Below are positions 58,323-64,000 of a stretch of DNA of 64,000 nucleotides, in pieces (the stretch's first letter is position 1; every line of letters begins with the position of its first letter). Below the pieces are notes generated by a model. The model was given only the letters and a program-made list of their open reading frames with translations, did no database searches and was not told the origin of the DNA. The translations under genes were made by a program, and so were the position numbers. This stretch comes from Blepharisma stoltei ATCC 30299 (lineage: Eukaryota > Protista > Ciliophora), in assembly GCA_965603825.1 (NCBI GenBank), contig CBFDEM010000053.1, positions 1,302,001 to 1,366,000 on the forward strand, given 5' to 3'.

Positions 58323-59804
58323 TTATTTCCTTTTTATTATTTCTCTAATAGTGATTACTGCTCTTTCTGATTCTTTAGTTAAAGCTTGCTTATTCATTGT
58401 ATTTTCTAAATCAGAAGCCAAATGTGGGTTTTCTCTGACAACATCAGCAATCTTATCTATCGTATCATTTCTTCTTACAGGAGTTACCACGTTTCTTCTA
58501 ATATCAGTAATATAACGGAACCCAGGAGTAAGCTGGCCATGGCATGTCATTATTGCGTTTTTTATTTCTGGGTTTAAATTGATCTCTTCGAAGCTTTTAT
58601 TGGCGTCATCCCATGCTAATTCTTCGATATAATCGAATAAGAGTTTTGAAAAGTGCTCAGAAGCATCCCTAGGAAGCTCAGAGGAAAGAAAGTCCATGCT
58701 GTGGTAAAGAATTGAGTTATTTATGTGAAGCGAGCTTAAATAGTGAATTCTATCATCTTCAGAGGAGTACAGGTAAAACGGCTCTTCAGGCGATGTAAAT
58801 TTGCGGCAAATTTGGATTCCTCCTTTGATGTCACATGAAATATCACAAATCCCTAACAGTCTTCCATTTAAAGTTTTTATATCATCAACTGTGAGCATCT
58901 TTGGATATTTTGAGTCCCAATAGATCGCATGGACTAGGCATGATAGTTTGGCAGCATATTTTTTAAACACACTTTTATACATCTCAGGGTTTTCTTGATA
59001 CTCTGCTCTGTCAAATCCATCGTCAGAGAACCTTCTATAAATATACCTAATAGGGAAACGCACAATGTAAATTTTAAACCTCGATTGTTCATTTGGTGTA
59101 AAATTTTCTAATTGTTCTGGCTCTATAAACTCATGAGGAAGCTTAGTGAGAATATTCAAAGCCCCACTTGCGCATCTGCCATTCCCAGTTACTCCGAAAA
59201 TCATCGGAACAACAGAAGGGTGGAAGCCATCGTGGGAAATAATTTCTCCAATGTGCTCTATACTTTCATAAATATCTGCCAAACTTCTGTACATATATGC
59301 GAACCCTTGAAGTAAAAATGGAGTTGAGATGTGCTTCATGAGCAAATACTTCCCCAAGCCTTGCAAAAAATCGACCATCCCAGCTGATCCCGCAAAGGTG
59401 CCAAATGCAACAAGTCTGTTGTGTGGAGGCTCTAAAGACTTTATGCACTCATAGTCAATCAGGCGAATTTGCTTTTCAAGAAATGCATCAAGGAGTGGCA
59501 TATTGTAAGGCTGGCCTTTTAAGGTATGTGAGAAAAGCATATAGGTGCGATTTGGGATCAGCTCATCGGTGGGAATTTCTTTGACACCGATAATCAGCTT
59601 TGCTGGGGTTAAATCTTCTGTGAGCTCTGCTCCTGCTTCTGCAAACTCAATATCTGAAAAGCATCTGTTTGTTGAAGGCTGGACAAGGACTCTGATTCCT
59701 TCGTTTATAAGACGTTTGACATCCTGAGGAGTTATGGCAACTCTTCTTTCCCAGTATGTTTTTGTTTCTCTTCTTATTCCAATTACACCTTGTTGTCCTT
59801 CCAT
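58323..59804 (-). CDS. Lysine-ketoglutarate reductase (N-terminal half of AASS), standalone
   Basis: IGIRRE..WERR, VQPS..R, GVKE, FSHTLKGQPYNMPLL, IDYE, VAFG.FAG.AG, IYW...YP, DISCD and ELPRDASEHF; no SDH domain follows. Confidence 0.9.
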   Translation of the reverse strand: MEGQQGVIGIRRETKTYWERRVAITPQDVKRLINEGIRVLVQPSTNRCFSDIEFAEAGAELTEDLTPAKLIIGVKEIPTDELIPNRTYMLFSHTLKGQPYNMPLLDAFLEKQIRLIDYECIKSLEPPHNRLVAFGTFAGSAGMVDFLQGLGKYLLMKHISTPFLLQGFAYMYRSLADIYESIEHIGEIISHDGFHPSVVPMIFGVTGNGRCASGALNILTKLPHEFIEPEQLENFTPNEQSRFKIYIVRFPIRYIYRRFSDDGFDRAEYQENPEMYKSVFKKYAAKLSCLVHAIYWDSKYPKMLTVDDIKTLNGRLLGICDISCDIKGGIQICRKFTSPEEPFYLYSSEDDRIHYLSSLHINNSILYHSMDFLSSELPRDASEHFSKLLFDYIEELAWDDANKSFEEINLNPEIKNAIMTCHGQLTPGFRYITDIRRNVVTPVRRNDTIDKIADVVRENPHLASDLENTMNKQALTKESERAVITIREIIKRK

Positions 59805-60206
59805 CTTTGGCAAATAAATGTGTGATTAAATAAGGATAATGAAACTTTCAGTATGATATAAAGCATTATAGCATGCAACCTCCTAAATAATATCTAAATT
59901 CTTGCACAATTTTGTTATAGAATTAAAACACTTATTGAATCTTTTAATTAAATTTTTTTTTGAGCCAATTTCATTAACTGCTTTTAAATATTTCATTGAT
60001 TTTATGCTAAAGTTTCAATTATTTAAAAACTTTGTGTAAGAGCAGCTTCTCTTATAGAATAGAAGACTTATACTGCGGACATCAATATGGAAGTTTTAAA
60101 AATTACTTATATTCAATTAATAAATTGATATAGAATTTTAAAAATTACTCTAAAGACACAGTGTATACTAGAAAGCTTATTCTTCTAAAAAAATCGATAT
60201 ATATAT

Positions 60207-62828
60207 TTATTTATCAAGTAAAACTCTATATCCACACCAATTCCAAAGGGTATCTCTTTTTTCTTCTTCTATATAGCTCATAAGCGTTTCGCATGGTCCA
60301 TCTCTCTCTCCTTTAATCTCCTGTGCATTAATAAATTCTTGCATCGCCTGATCTCATTCCCCAATAAAATAATGATTTAAAGCTTTTTCAAAGGCGTTTA
60401 TAAATCTTTTACTGACTCCAGCTTTCATCAATTTCAGGTCTTCATCGTCATCTCACAAATTGCAAACTGAATAATCTCCATTTTTGCATTGAAATAACAA
60501 TTTTTCTCTCGAGATCCTTGCTAGAACTCTTTCATGCTTCAGTTCTTCTTGAGTGCCCGATTTTTCTGCTACTGGTGTAAGATTACACAAATTCAAATCA
60601 CATGTAAAGAGCTCAATAGGCTCTTTGCTGCCTTTGACAGTAACTCTATCAATTTTTCGGAATTTAGATTTCGTTACATTTGAAAAAAGATTGTACAAAG
60701 CATCACTTATGAGTAAAGGAACACCAAACTGCTTTGTAGCAGCTTCAAGCCTGGAAGCTAAGTTTACATTCGGTGATAAATAAGAAGCATCAATTTTAAA
60801 CTCACTTCCAATAGCCCCTTCTATAGCCCATCCTTGGTGCATACCAAATCCCATTTTGACAGCATACCCTGGCATTCTTTCAAGCAGGCCAGGATTTTGC
60901 TTATATTTCAATATCCTTTCACTTTTATTGATTTCAGCAATGATTTTAACAAAACTTATTACAGCCATATCAGCTATTTCTTTAACCATGATATTTCTAT
61001 GCAGAATTTTGCCTTCAGGATTTTTCGGGTCATCTTTTATAGCCTCTTCAGGAAATTTCCAACAAAGTAAAAAGGCATCTCCAATGTTTTTATTAGCAGT
61101 CCCTGAGTATTTATCGACTAAGCTATGAACTATATAAGCAATTTCATTAACGAAATTCAAAACATTTTCTTGGAGAACTTCTGTAGTATCAGTGAAATTT
61201 CTGATATCACAAAACCCAAATATGCAAATTGTGTATTTTCCAGGAATCATAGGATCGACTTCTCCCCCTCCTTTTTTTATATTTAAAGCAATAATCTCTG
61301 ATCCAGCTTCTCCAAACCCTAGTGCAAGGAGCAGCCCAATTTTCGTTATGGTTTCTTCTAAAAATGCAGTTTCCATTGACTCAATTTTTTTCTTCTTCTT
61401 TATTCCAGTAATTTCATTGATGACTGCATCCCTTTCTTCTTTTTGTGCAGCGGAAAGTGGATTTTCTGCTATCCTTGATATCTTTTCTATCATATTTTCT
61501 AAAGGAGTCAAAAGGATTTTCTGAAAATCATTTGATAGAAAGGCTATAGCGGCCATGATGATTAAGCATAAATAAATGGTTTGCAAGACATTAAGTTTTG
61601 CTTCCAACTGAGATTTGCCTCTCAAATCAAAGACTGCAAAGCATGAATAATAGTAAAAATGTGTGGTATTATATACATAAGCATAAGCTTTTTCTGAATT
61701 TCTTAGTTTTTTAGGGTCGATACTTGTTGCTCATTTTTTCCTGTGTTTCACCTCTAAATAAATTAATGGATAAACACTGTCTTTGTGCTTTTTAATATAA
61801 TTATTCCAAGCGATTAAAAATGATTCATGATTGTGCCCGACTTTATCAAGGACATCAAGTCCATATTGGTAGGATGAATTTTGGTCTTCATAAAGCGATG
61901 ATTTAAAAACTGGCATAACAACTATGATGATTAAGACCAAAAAAATAACTCTTTTAATGGTGATTTCTTTTAGTGCCTTTCCGATGTTACTTTTTTCAAT
62001 TTCCACATTCTCATTTGCATTATTTGCCTCTATTGCATCTTGATTCTCATCTGGAAGAATTTCTGCTAGTGTTGTCATTATTGCTGAATTTTCTTGATTT
62101 TTGTCTGAAACTGCAGAAGAAAAAGACCGGGAAGCAGAACCTGGCCCATCACTTAAACTATCTGGAGGAGAAGATTCACCAATTGGTGGGAGTGTAATTA
62201 AATTTTCTTTAACAAATTTTTCATTCTGCCGTCTGAGTTCAGGCCTTTTTCTTCGGGCTGCATTTTTGATAGCTTTGGCTATTTTAAATAGCGTTGCAAC
62301 TCTTATGAGTCGAATAACTCTGACGATTCTTATAATTCTTGCACCTTTTCCAGCTTGGCGAGCGGTTGCAGTTTTATCTGCTTGATTAGGCTTGCCATCG
62401 TCACTTATCCCAAGCATCGAATTTCAAATTCAGCCAACATCGAAGGCCATCGTTATTGTTGCAATAATATCAAGCCAAAAATAAAAACTGTTAAAATAGT
62501 TGTCTCTTGAAATAGAGGATAGTATAATTTCAACACCAAAGAAAGATAGGCAAATAGTAGTCATTGTGTAAAAATCTTCATCTACGCTCATTGGTGTTGC
62601 CCAAAGTCTGATGTCATCAGCAAATAGGGCTCATAATGTAAGCATCATCATAAAAGTTTGCACAACTCAATGGTCTAACGCTTTTGATAGGCACACTTTT
62701 CATCTTGGCTTTGATTTTTCGTTGCTTTTTGGAGATAATGTAAAGGCTTTATTATGATTATCACTGGTATCGATTATTGTATTGCGAAAACGTGTTTGAT
62801 TTCTTTCAAATTCAATGAGACCATTCAT
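60207..62828 (-). CDS. Ion-channel-like transmembrane domain fused to a class III adenylyl cyclase (about 873 aa)
   Basis: TM helices (ALFADDIR, FYFWLDIIA), S4-like ARIIRIVRVIRLIRV, and cyclase motifs FCDIRNFT, NKNIGDAF, GAIGSEFKIDASYLSPNVNLASRLE and VKGS; one frame via TGA. Confidence 0.92.
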
Positions 62829-63195
62829 GCCGAGCTTAGATTAATTATCCATGAAACTGCTGAGAAAATTTTAACTTAATTACTTTATATATCAAAATAT
62901 ATTATTAAAATAAACATATATAAAATAAATCTAATCGCTCTTAAAGAGTAATTTTCAAAAATACTAACTTAGGGGTAAGAAATAAAAGTAATGCCGCAAA
63001 AATTGCTATGTAGGTATAATTTTGTTTGTATAAGGCAAACTTGCACTGATTCTATATAAGATATAGGGTGTTAAGTTATCGATAAGTTTGAATATAAAGA
63101 ATCTAATTTCATTTTCTATGAAAGTAAGTCCATAGATCTTTTGAAAAACTAAAAGATTATTAAAGCTACCTTAATTTTAAATAACGATAATTATC

Positions 63196-64000
63196 TTATT
63201 CAGGTTCAATCTTTCTACTCAGCCGAGCGTTAGATACAACCGTATCACCTTCTGTAGCGAACATGTTGAATATCTGCTCCAGAGTAGTTTGGCTTAAAGA
63301 GTATTCACTGATATTTAACTTATCCTTATGACTCTCAATAAGCCCGAAGATATCACCAATACTTATATTATTCCCTTTTTCAACTCTAAATTTGAAAGAG
63401 GTCCCATAATGCTCAATGAGGCTCAGATCCGAAAAGTGGTGTTTGAGTCATTTATATATAGCTGAACCATAATTTTCTATAATTACCCATTCAACTAGTG
63501 TTTTGACGTCAATAAACTTCTTCTCGTTTAACTCTTCTCTTATATGAGATCCTGAGCCTCCTTTGCAAATTTCATCAATAAGTTGCTGACTTTTAAGAGC
63601 TGTCAGCGCGCTGAGTAAGTTTTCTTCGAAAACATTTTCGCCTGGTGCGGCTTTGTAGACTTTATGAATCATGCGAGTGATTTCGTCTTCGCTTGGGTAT
63701 TTTACTTTCAAGAAAAATTCATAGCCTGAGCCGAATTTATTCTTGATATGGGTAGCAGTGCCATAGCAGCGTAACCTGCCGGCAACCATGATTGCCATGC
63801 TATTGCATAGAGCTTCAGCTTCGTCCATAGAGTGGGTAGTTAGGATGATACTCACTTTCTGTGATTTGATGTTGTTAATCACTTTCCACATATTTTTGCG
63901 TGCTTCAGGGTCCATCCCTGCACTTGGTTCATCTAAGAAGACAACTGGAGGATTGCCTATGCAAGCAATAGCTACTGAGAGTTTTCTTTTGTTACCACCA
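63196..64000 (-). CDS. ABCA-family transporter, 3' part (5' end lies outside the window)
   Basis: GGNKRKLSVAIA, FLDEPSAGMDP, LTTHSMDEAEALC and YSLSQTTLEQIF; TAA at 63196. Confidence 0.93.

Noticed and set aside
58851-58858. CCCTAACA telomere-type unit, and CTAACA at 27841 as a telomerase template
   Set aside because: A single copy inside a CDS; the second match is shorter than one repeat. No telomere array is present.
1-64000. TGA as selenocysteine or cysteine
   Set aside because: TGA aligns with conserved Trp, not Cys, and occurs in most genes. The ATGA...GA hairpin at 27748 lacks the apical AA and is not in the 3'UTR of a same-strand gene.
1-64000. Mycoplasma or mitochondrial origin (both also use TGA=Trp)
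   Set aside because: Spliceosomal introns and eukaryote-specific nuclear genes (CDC45, eIF3i, kinesin, TTLL, NPRL3) are present.
1-64000. tRNA, rRNA, CRISPR arrays, intact transposons or retained IESs
   Set aside because: None recognised by eye; coding regions run uninterrupted apart from tiny introns. tRNAscan and Infernal would be needed to exclude small RNAs.

Overview
Gene-dense, AT-rich eukaryotic DNA, most consistent with the somatic (macronuclear) genome of a heterotrich ciliate such as Blepharisma. Three observations support this. TGA is read as Trp (it sits at invariant Trp positions of kinase, PLD, USP, Myb and NPR3 domains), only TAA/TAG end genes, and introns are 15-nt GT-AG units with an A six bases from the 3' end. 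The supplied standard-code ORF track therefore fragments most genes and misses a Myb gene entirely. Re-read with TGA=Trp, the window holds about 35 protein-coding genes, many separated by under 60 nt. They include F-box/WD40, CDPK, PLD, a TPR-DUSP-UBL-MYND USP, a kinesin, CDC45, TTLL3-like glycylase, NPRL3, CDC50, a pyruvate-kinase-like protein, an arrestin-domain array with pseudogenes, GH31 glucosidase, a NACHT-HEAT protein, an actin-fragmin-kinase-like protein, eIF3i, LKR, an ion-channel/adenylyl cyclase and an ABCA 3' end. The best leads are: (1) a 1460-aa NLR-like NACHT-HEAT gene 18 nt head-to-head with an ankyrin-SAM gene; (2) strongly gene-specific TGA versus TGG usage, possibly a translational control layer; (3) a pyruvate kinase that has lost catalytic residues; (4) a 4-nt spacer downstream of CDC45; (5) an NPRL3 intron that cannot be the standard 15 nt; (6) a candidate H/ACA-like RNA. 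All product calls come from motif recognition by eye; no searches were run.
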